Shown: positions 47,473 through 56,951 of the stretch, one piece after another | Numbering within the stretch: position 1 is the first letter of the stretch | Layout of the letters: each line of letters opens with the position of its first letter | Notes under the pieces: model-generated | What the model was told of the DNA's origin: nothing | Databases searched by the model: none | The model's input: the letters and a program-made list of their open reading frames with translations, nothing else | Translations under genes and position numbers: made by a program | Virus record (IMG/VR): IMGVR_UViG_2889049205_000001 | Location: 64,001 to 128,000 of that record | Strand: one strand, 5' to 3' | Length of the DNA stretch: 64,000 bases | From: a virus | Lineage: Duplodnaviria; Caudoviricetes

Positions 47473-47955
47473 GTGCATTTTACTATCCACCAATTGAAGC
47501 GGGAAGGCAACATTGAGTTTGCATTTCAGTTCCTTAGCATCTTGAAGCTGCGCAATGCCCCATTCATGGAGCACAACGAGGATCTCGATCAGTATTCTTT
47601 CGATATCGATTCCTTCAACGAGGTTTATTCTCGTGACCTGGCATCTATGGGGATCCAATATTCCGATTGTCTACTCGACTTTCACAAGCAGTCCGAACGT
47701 ATTCTCGAGGAGTTGTTCGGTATCTTCAATATGCAGATTCCTGATGATTTCAAGGGTTGGTCAATGAGCTGTGGCGATATCGTTACGCTGCAGCACGGTG
47801 AACACAAGTTTATGAAGGCATCCTACTTCTGCGATGCAGCAGGCTGGAAGCAGATCAATGTATTCAGTGGAGCTGATCGTCATGCTCAACGTGAAGAGAT
47901 CCGGGATCGGGCTCGTAAACGTCTGGCTGCTCTTCGATCCGGTACGATTCATTAA
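47473..47955 (+). CDS. YodL-like domain protein
   Basis: LEELF.IFN...PDDFKG.SMS.GDIV.L....YFCD..GW signature. Confidence 0.75.
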   Translation: MHFTIHQLKREGNIEFAFQFLSILKLRNAPFMEHNEDLDQYSFDIDSFNEVYSRDLASMGIQYSDCLLDFHKQSERILEELFGIFNMQIPDDFKGWSMSCGDIVTLQHGEHKFMKASYFCDAAGWKQINVFSGADRHAQREEIRDRARKRLAALRSGTIH

Positions 47956-48018
47956 CTCGACTGAGCGAGTATAAACAGGCCTTTGGCTCAGTGCGGGCCC
48001 TCTATTTGAGGGTATGGC
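47955..48018 (+). ncRNA. Pistol ribozyme
   Basis: P1 ACTCG/CGAGT, loop ACTGAG pairing with CTCAGT, TAAACAG linker, GCG core, P3 GCCCTC/GAGGGT, P2 GCC/GGC. Confidence 0.75.
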
Positions 48019-48077
48019 TCACTTGGTTATGCCTATCGGCATGATTCTATGTGAAGTACAAAATAGGAGGTTTTCCT

Positions 48078-48302
48078 GTGACGAATGCAATTAAGATGAC
48101 TTGTGCCATCTTTGTTATCATCTTCCTCGCCCCTACTGTTATCCCCGCTATCCTCGGCATCGTGGCCGCCCTGGTCCCTGCCCTGTTGTGTGTCCTGGCT
48201 GTGTGGCTGGTGTACCGCATGTTCTTCAAAAAGCGTGTTGTTTCCAAGCCGCAGGTCCTGCCCGTCATTATCCGAGAAGTTCAACGCATGATGAAAAAAT
48301 AA
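48078..48302 (+). CDS. Small membrane protein
   Basis: RBS AGGAGG; long hydrophobic stretch. Confidence 0.55.
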   Translation: MTNAIKMTCAIFVIIFLAPTVIPAILGIVAALVPALLCVLAVWLVYRMFFKKRVVSKPQVLPVIIREVQRMMKK

Positions 48303-48336
48303 TGAATACCCAAATCAATCTTAGGAGGCTATTAAC

Positions 48337-48801
48337 ATGAAACAAGCATACGGTTATATCGTCGAGGAATCGAAAAAGCGTATCTTGGTAGGCAAGAAGG
48401 CAGATATCATTGCCATTGCCGCTGATTTCCCTGGAACCATGATTGAATACGCAGCAAATTTGGAGCAGCTGCTCGCTTCGGTCAAAGCCATTGGATACGA
48501 AGTGATCTGCCATAATCCAACCACGAAGATGGAGCAGATGTTTGCCGGCTATAAGCCGACGGACACGCTGCCTCCCGCTCCCCCTTCCCCGCCTACTTCT
48601 TCCGCTCCGGATGATCTTGCGATCCGCAGGTTCTGCATCCAGCCAATTGAGAAAGAATTCGCCGTGATGGTGGCCACTAATTATGGCGTCCAATACCTGA
48701 ACCGTGGCCTGCTCTCCAAAGCGAAAGACGCATACCTGAAGTATGTGGCCGATCGCAGCTTGCTCATGACTGATCTGAAAGCGGCAACGGTGCCGTTCTG
48801 A
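48337..48801 (+). CDS. Hypothetical protein
   Basis: RBS AGGAGG. Confidence 0.55.
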   Translation: MKQAYGYIVEESKKRILVGKKADIIAIAADFPGTMIEYAANLEQLLASVKAIGYEVICHNPTTKMEQMFAGYKPTDTLPPAPPSPPTSSAPDDLAIRRFCIQPIEKEFAVMVATNYGVQYLNRGLLSKAKDAYLKYVADRSLLMTDLKAATVPF

Positions 48802-48925
48802 TGTATCAGGCCAAACGAATCGTGAGGTCAATTATATGGACGCTGCTGCCCAAGAATGCTCGGCTGGCATGGTTATTTACCTTGCTGGCCGAAGTAATAT
48901 TTTCTGATCAAAAACGCCGTCGTTA

Positions 48926-48949
48926 ATGGTATAATGTAATGCATTACAC
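48926..48949 (+). promoter_or_regulatory. Extended -10 promoter with operator at +1
   Basis: TGGTATAAT followed by and overlapping ATGTAATGCATTACAC. Confidence 0.65.
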
Positions 48950-48964
48950 AAGGAGGTACTGTCC

Positions 48965-49877
48965 ATGGAGTTGAAAGATGTTTTAGCCTATGTCCCGCAG
49001 CATGCCATCTTTACGTTTATGGAGGATGACGTGGAGATGCAGCTCTATCATCACAATGAGGATGGCTGGTGTGTTTGTCCCGTCGGTGATCCCGCTTGCG
49101 ATCCGTCTACCGGCGAGCACAGTCCTCAAGGCCGTATTCAGGCTCAGTTTGTCGAGGCAGTGCTCACACATTTGTACAACACGCAGTGGCTCGATCGTAT
49201 CCTGACCTATGATGTTGCCGGTAATTCTGTAGCGTACACGCCATTTCTCGTGTCTCGCCGCCTTGCCTGCTCAGCTGGTATCAACGGTGATACTTTTGTG
49301 GCTGAGTTCTGGGACGGCGAGAAGGTTGTCGTGCCTTATAATGTCGCATTAAATCGGCCATTTCGGGTCGGCATCCCGCAGTCGTAATCCATTACAGAGA
49401 AATGAGGAATCATTGTGGCACAAACAGGTAAGAAGCCGCTTCATATGATACAAAAATATGCGGCGGCCAGGCGAGAAGTCTTCTACAAGCGGCAAATGAT
49501 GCAGCATATTGGCTTTGTGTACGTTGATTCTGAGAAGGCGTGGCTGCACCCTGGCGGCGCCCGCTTTAGCAAGAAGCTGTTCGATCTCTTTGATTTCAAT
49601 AAGACCAAATCGAAGCTGCTGCAGCTCGGCTTTATCTCCCCCGACACGAATCCGAATACTCCCTATCAAGAAGAAAATGACGATGAGCTGGAATAGGCTG
49701 CCGTTACACGTCAGAGCCTTCCTAGTCGTTCTCATTGGCGGTCTGAGCATCATGATGCTTTGGCCGCTTCTTCAGCTTGTGATCGGGCTTATTGTTGCTA
49801 TGATCGTGATCGGAGTGATTGGCGTTGTGATCTATTATGGGGTTCGGATCCTTGCCTATCTTTTCAGGGGACTATAG
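48965..49877 (+). other. Three hypothetical CDS (48965..49387, 49415..49696, 49683..49877 membrane)
   Basis: RBS-bearing colinear ORFs. Confidence 0.5.
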
Positions 49878-50317
49878 GCTTCATGCTTTGGTATTGGCCC
49901 CTGCCCTCTTTCAGCCGGCATCCCTATGACTAGGGTTTTATGTGCCAGCCGCTGGAGGGCAGACTAGCCCCAGGGTTATATGGAGCACCATGTCATGGTG
50001 AAGATTATGTATCCTCAACGATGTGTGACGGTTATGTATCATGACCGTGTATTGATGCCCATCGCCTTGAACCTTGAGGATGCTATATTTCCATATTTTC
50101 CATATGGCTCCTAATTGTTTTGAATAATCATGTCGTAATGTGTTACACAACTTAAAGTGTATCTATATATAATATATACCGACAAACCTGGGGTATTTAT
50201 AGATTTATATGTATAGTTCACAAAATAGACACACTGTGTTCTCATTGTTCCCCCCTAAACCGGCTATCGCCTGCATTCATTTTGGCATATAATGAATCTT
50301 GTTGATAAGGTGGTGTA

Positions 50318-50863
50318 ATGCATTGCATGTTTATGATACAGTACAGGGATCACACATCCAGAGATGAGCTACAGGTTGGTTATGCTGACACTGAATTCGA
50401 TCTTTCATCATGGTGGAGGCACGATGCCAATATCATATCAATACAGGACGTGCGAGATCTCGGCGATCAAAAGCCATTTCGTATTATTGTTGCCGGTTAT
50501 CGGGAGTTCGTTGATTATCCGATGGCATGCAGATGGTTGGATTACTATCTACAATACACCAATCGAGAACAAATCGTCATCATTTCTGGAATGGCTCGTG
50601 GAGCTGATACCATGGGTGAGGATTATGCTAGGGAGCGTGGGATTTACATCCACCAGGCTGCCGCTGATTGGGATCGTTACGGCAAGAGTGCCGGTTATAT
50701 GCGTAATAGTGAGATGGCCAAAGAAGCTGGACCAGGTGGCGCATGCGTTTGCTTTTGGGACGGCTTGTCCAAGGGAACGAAACACATGATTGATATATCA
50801 AAGCGCCACGAGCTGCTGCTACGTGTCGTGAATTACAAGACCAACAAGGAGATGGTAGTATGA
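50318..50863 (+). CDS. YspA/SLOG (DUF2493-like) protein
   Basis: IIVAGYR, IISGMARGAD, W..YGKSAG.RN.EM, FWDG.SKGT..MI. Confidence 0.85.
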   Translation: MHCMFMIQYRDHTSRDELQVGYADTEFDLSSWWRHDANIISIQDVRDLGDQKPFRIIVAGYREFVDYPMACRWLDYYLQYTNREQIVIISGMARGADTMGEDYARERGIYIHQAAADWDRYGKSAGYMRNSEMAKEAGPGGACVCFWDGLSKGTKHMIDISKRHELLLRVVNYKTNKEMVV

Positions 50864-51629
50864 GCTCACGTTTAGAATGGTTCAAGAAAAGATACACAGC
50901 TGGACATTTAACCTGGAGTGAACTGGAGGATGCGCTGAATCTCTTGGAGCACTACGAGAATCAGAATCCTGTTCTCTCTAAAGAGAAATGGCGTTTAACG
51001 GAAGAGAATCAGCGCATTCAGAAAGAATGGGATATGTGCGATAAAGCATGCAAAATGTGGCGCACTCGTGCCGAGAATCTTATTGGCGCAGTGAGAGTAT
51101 TCGTTGACAAGAACTTCAAGGGTGGATCCAAAGCAAATCGTGAGGATTACACTCAGATGGTAACGGCTGCTGATGTTTATAAGCTGCGTGAGTCACTGGA
51201 GGCGAATAAGTGGTGAGCGATAAGTGGAAGATCTACGATCGTGACATTGTGGGCCTCTCGCTTATGCTGCACGATGAGATCACGGATAATCATATCCCGC
51301 TCTGCGAGATCGATGTCGAGCCTGGTATTCACGATCATATCGTTATCAGGGGCCAGACGTATTCCTTCTGCCAAAAATCCTTTAAGATACGGGCTGCTGT
51401 TGCCCGCCGCATTGATCTCGGCGATGAACATGATACCGAGGATACAGAACATGCCGTATGTCCTCATTGCGGGCATGAAGACCATGATTGCTTCGAATGG
51501 AGCGGTGATGATGCCGAACACGATTGCGGTCACTGTTCGCTACCATTCAGCTATACCCGTGAAGTCACGATCAGCTACACCACAGTAAAGAAAGGTCGTA
51601 GCTATAAAAAACCAATTGCCGAGGTGTAG
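50860..51629 (+). other. Two hypothetical CDS (50860..51216; 51210..51629 with CPHC/CGHC Zn ribbon)
   Basis: Overlapping colinear ORFs. Confidence 0.55.
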
Positions 51630-51632
51630 AAC

Positions 51633-52097
51633 ATGAAAGACGTAATCATCGATACTGACGGCGCCTGCTCTGGAAATCCAGGTCCAGGCGGCTGGTCCAA
51701 TATATTCGTATACCCGAATGGTGATGAAGAAATCAAGACTGGCTTCATCCCCTACTCTACTAATAACCTCAGTGAAATCATTGCTGTGATCAGGGCACTT
51801 GAATCTATCATCGAGCCTAGCAGAGTGCTTCTCAAAACAGACTCCAGCGTGGTGCGCAACTGTTTTGATCATGATTGGCGTGGTAGATGGATAGCTAACG
51901 GCTGGAGGAACTCTAAGAACAAGCTCGTTGAGCACCGGCCCTTTTGGGAACGCCTGTTTGAACTGGTTGATTATCATAAAGTGCGCTTTGTTAAGACGAG
52001 TGATGCGGATCCACTACATAAACGTGCTGATGGCCTTGCAAAGAAAGCTATTCGAGAGGGTCTTGCAGAGGTCAAGGCGCAGCTGCAAGGAGCATAA
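51633..52097 (+). CDS. rnhA: Ribonuclease HI
   Basis: TDGACSGNPGPGGW, TNN..E, TDS, W..NGW, AD.LA. Confidence 0.9.
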   Translation: MKDVIIDTDGACSGNPGPGGWSNIFVYPNGDEEIKTGFIPYSTNNLSEIIAVIRALESIIEPSRVLLKTDSSVVRNCFDHDWRGRWIANGWRNSKNKLVEHRPFWERLFELVDYHKVRFVKTSDADPLHKRADGLAKKAIREGLAEVKAQLQGA

Positions 52098-52202
52098 CCT
52101 GCGGGCTCTATCAGAACTCACAGCTATTACAGAGGGTGCTATCGCACCTATTCAATACGATTTACTTAACCATACCCCTATTTTCCCAAGGAGGAACTAT
52201 CC

Positions 52203-52520
52203 ATGAAATACGCATACACGATTAAAGGCTTGAAGGTTAACGTGAACATCCAAGGGCCGCAAAACGACGAATCGAACGGTAAAGCAGTCGCTTCCGTTGA
52301 AGTCGAAGAGCTGAAGATCGAGCATGAAGTTGAAGGCGGCATTCGGGAGCAGGCTGAGCACATGGCTGCGATCGGCAAGGCTGTGCTCGATATCGTCCGT
52401 GAGGTACGTAAGCCGGCTCATGAACAACATCCAATCGATAGTGGCATGTTCGTTCATTTCCTTGGCGCTGATGCCGAAGGCTTTACCTTCCCTGGCTTTC
52501 CAATCTTTAAGAATAAGTAA
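52203..52520 (+). CDS. Hypothetical protein
   Basis: RBS AAGGAGG. Confidence 0.55.
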   Translation: MKYAYTIKGLKVNVNIQGPQNDESNGKAVASVEVEELKIEHEVEGGIREQAEHMAAIGKAVLDIVREVRKPAHEQHPIDSGMFVHFLGADAEGFTFPGFPIFKNK

Positions 52521-52642
52521 CGTCATATTACGTACCGTTATTACTTTATACGTTATATGTTCATATTTAATATGAACTATTGAATGTCGTAATCATGTTC
52601 TTATGGAATATTAGGAATTAACGGTATGAAAAAAGGACGCCC

Positions 52643-53323
52643 CTATTCTTGGGCGTCCATCTCCGGCGGAGACTTAAACATTCGTTTCCATGCTGGCAAA
52701 GCCATGTACTGTCGAAGAGCCAAGGACTGTTTGAGGTGAGCCATCGTCTCTCGGTCCCTCTTCTCTTGATGCTCGATGATCTTATCAATCTTTACTGCTT
52801 GTTCGTTCTTTGAGTGAGCCAGCTGCTGTTCGAGGGTTTCAATCTTCTGGATCTGCTCCTGTTTGGCCAGCACAACCTGTTTCTCCAGAGAATCAATCTT
52901 CTCCAGCGTCTCTTTGTTCATTTCCTGATTCAAAGCGACGAACCATTCTCGGAATGCATCCTGCTGCATTAGGCGATCCATGTCCACATATGTAAGCTGC
53001 GGCGCCGGTATCGGCAACGGGAACTCCCCGTCTGGCTTGCGAAGCTCAAATGCGCCAGTCTCGTTAGCCATGTCATAGATCATGCGGGCCAGGTCTTCAC
53101 CGGTCGTCTTTCGGCCATGTACTTCCTTTTGATCCTTGATAAATTTGAATATCTCGATATCCGTGTCATAAAACAGCCGTTCTTTGCGCTCGTTGCGCTT
53201 CACGAAGTGTACGCCGTGGTTTTCGAGCATATCTGCCCATCCACGAAGCGTCGGCTGCGGAGTACCCAGGATCTCGGAGGCATCGCCGAGCGTCACAAAC
53301 GGCACTTCACGCTGAATTGCCAT
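52643..53323 (-). CDS. MerR-type HTH plus coiled-coil protein (RacA/TubY-like)
   Basis: TLGDASEILG..TLRGW...F.KRNE..RLF...DI; coiled coil; amphipathic WKRMF C-terminus. Confidence 0.75.
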   Translation of the reverse strand: MAIQREVPFVTLGDASEILGTPQPTLRGWADMLENHGVHFVKRNERKERLFYDTDIEIFKFIKDQKEVHGRKTTGEDLARMIYDMANETGAFELRKPDGEFPLPIPAPQLTYVDMDRLMQQDAFREWFVALNQEMNKETLEKIDSLEKQVVLAKQEQIQKIETLEQQLAHSKNEQAVKIDKIIEHQEKRDRETMAHLKQSLALRQYMALPAWKRMFKSPPEMDAQE

Positions 53324-53413
53324 AAATAAAAACACCTCCCCTACTCTATGTATAGCATATCTGAGCAATCCGCTCAACACCAGAGTTGATAGGTGTAGCT
53401 ATAGATTATACCC

Positions 53414-53614
53414 CGCCCTATATCATAGGTCATCGACTTAGATAATTAAGGTATCTCGCTCTACATGATAGTTCATATACTGAGCTATGATGTAGGTCGA
53501 AATGCAACTCGCCCTACATGATATCTCATACATATAGCTATGCGCATCGGTCGCTATACTTCAGATTTCATAACTCGCTATCAATGAAGTAACCCGCTAT
53601 CCATGAGATTTCAT
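53414..53614. repeat. Degenerate direct repeats in a divergent intergenic region
   Basis: 35-nt copies at 53455 and 53508 (28/35 identical) plus partial CGCTAT..GATTTCATA copies. Confidence 0.6.
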
Positions 53615-53658
53615 AGAATAATCTTTGAGGAAAGTATCTGAAAGGGTTTGATGTAGGT

Positions 53659-54276
53659 ATGAATCACCTGATTTTGCGGCTATCAGGTTTCATGTATGGC
53701 GGATTCACCTCTGTAATAGTAGCTATGACATGTCGTGGAGGTCACTCAGAGGCTATCATATCGGTCGCCTTGGCCATCTCAGCTATGAATTACTACCTGA
53801 TAGGCAAGTTAACGCTGAAAAAGCATGCGATGATCGACACTTTGACCAAGGCATTCAATCGATTGGCATGGGAAATGGATCTGAAGAGGAGGGACCGCCA
53901 GGAAATGGCAGTCTTAGCGCTCGATCTGGATCACTTCAAATCCATTAATGATACCTTCGGCCATGTGATGGGGGATTCCGTGCTCCAACAGGTAGGTGCA
54001 GTCGTTCGTCAGCACATAAGACCAGCCGATGTCTTTTACCGGTATGGGGGAGAGGAGTTTGTCATTGTTCTCCATGATGTTGACCTTCAGATAGCCCTTG
54101 ATAGAGGTCAATCATTGCTCGAGCTGATTAAGTCAAAGGTCAGAGCAGGGGAACAGGAGGTCACATGTTCTATTGGTGTCGCTCAAGGGAACGACCTCGC
54201 AGAAACGTTCAAGGAAGCTGATCAAGCCTTATATTTAGCAAAACAGCAAGGGCGAAATCAAGTTAAATGCCTCTGA
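53659..54276 (+). CDS. Membrane-anchored diguanylate cyclase (GGDEF)
   Basis: DLDHFKSINDTFGH..GD, RxxD I-site, RYGGEEF, ADQALY.AK..GRN. Confidence 0.92.
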   Translation: MNHLILRLSGFMYGGFTSVIVAMTCRGGHSEAIISVALAISAMNYYLIGKLTLKKHAMIDTLTKAFNRLAWEMDLKRRDRQEMAVLALDLDHFKSINDTFGHVMGDSVLQQVGAVVRQHIRPADVFYRYGGEEFVIVLHDVDLQIALDRGQSLLELIKSKVRAGEQEVTCSIGVAQGNDLAETFKEADQALYLAKQQGRNQVKCL

Positions 54277-54303
54277 TGTAGCTCAATTTTAAAGGAAAGG
54301 GAA

Positions 54304-55173
54304 GTGGGAGATATGCGCATTATTATTGATGATTCTGCAATTCACTGGGATATGAATCCGGATCCGATTATCTGCTTTTTGACCGGTGAATCCACGAATT
54401 ACTGGTTCATTTTCAAGAACGGAGAAGGGGCTCATATCCATATTGGTGCAACGATAGCCGCACAAATCCTGAACAAATTGGATAAGCGCACTGTAGCCGA
54501 AAAACAGCGGTTTACAGAGATGGCTATTAATCATAAGGGGAGGGAGCTGCAGCTCACGATCGAGGATCTTCGCACCTATTACGGAGCTCAGATTGACCAC
54601 TTGGACGAGCCGGACTATATGCCAACCGAACTTGATCTTGAATCGCATTGGCTGCTGACGGTGCCAGAAAAGTGGATCCACATGAATCCTGGAAGAGAAG
54701 GGATTTTCAATATTGCCCATAAATGGACGAGCCAGCATCTCATGCAGCCTGATCTGTACGGCTACAACAACATGACGAAGGGGGAGAAGGTTATTTTTAA
54801 AAATGACCTTTGGACAATCGTCATGGTGTCTAGGATGGGAGACTTCGGGTTGTCGCAAACTGGTGAGCTTCCATACAGCATTCGTGTTCGTCCAGATGAA
54901 TGCAGCAAAGTGCCATTTCATAATCATGACTGCCTCGAATGCACCTACATCACAAGTGAACAGGTGACAGCAGAGAGGATTGATTGGTACAGCTGCAATC
55001 AAGGTGGAGCCGGCGGTACAGTCATCGCAAGACATGGTAGTGAGGGGGCGGAATATCGCTCGTATCCACATTCCACGCTTGCTGAAGCCTATGTCAAAGG
55101 TAGTCCAGAGATTTATCAAAGGGCGAGGGCGATCTATCGGATCGCTAAATCAAAGGAGGTAGCAGCCGTATGA
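54304..55173 (+). CDS. Hypothetical multidomain protein
   Basis: 289-aa ORF with RBS. Confidence 0.6.
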   Translation: MGDMRIIIDDSAIHWDMNPDPIICFLTGESTNYWFIFKNGEGAHIHIGATIAAQILNKLDKRTVAEKQRFTEMAINHKGRELQLTIEDLRTYYGAQIDHLDEPDYMPTELDLESHWLLTVPEKWIHMNPGREGIFNIAHKWTSQHLMQPDLYGYNNMTKGEKVIFKNDLWTIVMVSRMGDFGLSQTGELPYSIRVRPDECSKVPFHNHDCLECTYITSEQVTAERIDWYSCNQGGAGGTVIARHGSEGAEYRSYPHSTLAEAYVKGSPEIYQRARAIYRIAKSKEVAAV

Positions 55174-55655
55174 TCAAGCATATGAAGGGCAATCTGCTTC
55201 TTAGCGATTGCAATATCATCGGCCACCAGGCCAACTGCTTTTCAACCATGGGGTCCGGCATTGCTCATCAAATTGCCAAGATGTATCCCATAGCTCGCAA
55301 TTCGGATACGAACTATCCCGCTCAGCCACGGGATCGCCTTGGAAGTTGCTCTTATGCGGTATGCAAACATGAAATGGGGGAGGGTAGGATCGCAGTTTTC
55401 AATCTCTACGGCCAGTACGATTACGGGCGAGAGAACAAGACCTATACCAACTACCAGGGCTTACGATCGGCTCTCAATAAGATGATGCAGTTCGTTCAGC
55501 TGCTTGAAGAGCGAGAAGTAATCCCGAACCCGAAGATCGGGCTTCCGTACCGGATCGGGGCCGGACTGGCGAGAGGGCAGTGGACGATCATTGAAAGCAT
55601 GATCAAGGAAGTCTCTGATTTCCATGGTCGCACCATTTATTTGTACGAGCTCTAA
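55170..55655 (+). CDS. Macrodomain (ADP-ribose-processing) protein
   Basis: GNLL, HQANC..MGSGIA, NLYGQ, PYRIGAGLARG.W. Confidence 0.88.
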   Translation: MIKHMKGNLLLSDCNIIGHQANCFSTMGSGIAHQIAKMYPIARNSDTNYPAQPRDRLGSCSYAVCKHEMGEGRIAVFNLYGQYDYGRENKTYTNYQGLRSALNKMMQFVQLLEEREVIPNPKIGLPYRIGAGLARGQWTIIESMIKEVSDFHGRTIYLYEL

Positions 55656-55707
55656 TAAGACGGGTATTAGCCCGTCTTTTTCTATTCCAAGAAGGTGGTG
55701 AAAAGGC

Positions 55708-56226
55708 ATGACATTAGAAGGAAAAGCTAAATTTGATGCAATGCGTTGCGATATTTGGATCAGCGGCACTGCAGCAATCGACGAAACGAGTGGAGGATAC
55801 GCTGCCATCCTGCGATCCCACATTGGTGGGGTGGACTACTCCAAGAAAGTTGCCGGCTATGGGCTGGATGGTTCTACCGTAACTCGGATGACGCTAAAAG
55901 CTGTTGTGGAGGCTTTGAAACAAATCAAACACCCAATGTTTGTTCACGTCTATACGACGCTGCCGCAAGTAAGCGCCGGCATCAACAAGAATTTGCGTAA
56001 GTGGGCGGCCAAGGATTTCACAAAGGGCCGTAAGAAGGAGCTGCTGCAGCACGAGGATCTCTGGCGTGAACTGTCTGCCTTGCTCGAGGAAAAATGCATT
56101 TCGTATAAATGCCACTTCCAGAAGGAAAGTCCAGATCCGCAGAACAATCTTCGTGCGATTCATACTGCATCGGAATACGCCATGAAAGCGAAGAAAACAT
56201 TCTTCGACGTGGCCATAGCTCAATGA
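55708..56226 (+). CDS. RNase H-fold protein lacking catalytic acids
   Basis: GGYAAIL, RMTLKAVVEAL, V.VYT, W...F, H.DLW.EL; S/T/T replace the D/E/D positions. Confidence 0.7.
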   Translation: MTLEGKAKFDAMRCDIWISGTAAIDETSGGYAAILRSHIGGVDYSKKVAGYGLDGSTVTRMTLKAVVEALKQIKHPMFVHVYTTLPQVSAGINKNLRKWAAKDFTKGRKKELLQHEDLWRELSALLEEKCISYKCHFQKESPDPQNNLRAIHTASEYAMKAKKTFFDVAIAQ

Positions 56227-56243
56227 GAGAGAAGGGGAGAGGT

Positions 56244-56808
56244 ATGCGAGATAAAATTTGCGCAGCTATCGACTATGCAATCGATCGTCCGAAGCTTTAT
56301 GTGCCCATCGGGATCCTGCTTCTAGGAATCGCCATCGCTTTGGGGCCGCTTGCACTGGTTATGTTTGCTCTGATGATACCTGTCATTGTGATGTACTTCC
56401 GCTGGACGCTGATCGAGGAGGAGCCCTCCAAGGTTGTCAAAGAAGAGGTGCATGAAGAAATGTTGCGCCGTCGCCGGAAGCACGCTTAAACCAAGCCTGT
56501 CGGCTTCATTCATTGCGAAAATTATATTAGGAGGAATATACATCATGTTGAATTACAAAACGTCTTTAAATCTTGCCACTTGCGATTCTGCTCAAGAGGC
56601 TAGATCGATCCTGTCGTCTATCGAAGCGTCGGTTGCTAGTGATTCCTTGAATCATGCCATCAAACAACTCGGCGACCAGGTAGAAGGCTTCATTGCATCT
56701 GGTCATCATAATCTGGCTCTTTTCACATTGACTCGGCTTGCCATGCTGGAAGATCTTCAGCTTAACGTCGAGCGCATGGCCAACAATGTGCAATCCCTTC
56801 GAAGATGA
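56244..56808 (+). other. Two small CDS (56244..56489 membrane; 56545..56808)
   Basis: RBS-bearing ORFs. Confidence 0.5.
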
Positions 56809-56951
56809 ATAAGGCGCTGGTCGTGATTGGCGTCATCTGTCTTATTGGCGGCAACGTTATGGCGTTGCCGCTTATTTTTATTTGCTGGCTCATTTATCAA
56901 TGGATCCGAAACGGAACCTAAACCAACCCAATTTCGAGGAGGAAATATCCA

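Noticed and set aside
46908-49387. MLELMRKF (46908) and MELKDVLAY (48965) as tag members
   Set aside because: They lack Tyr at position 7 and were not counted.
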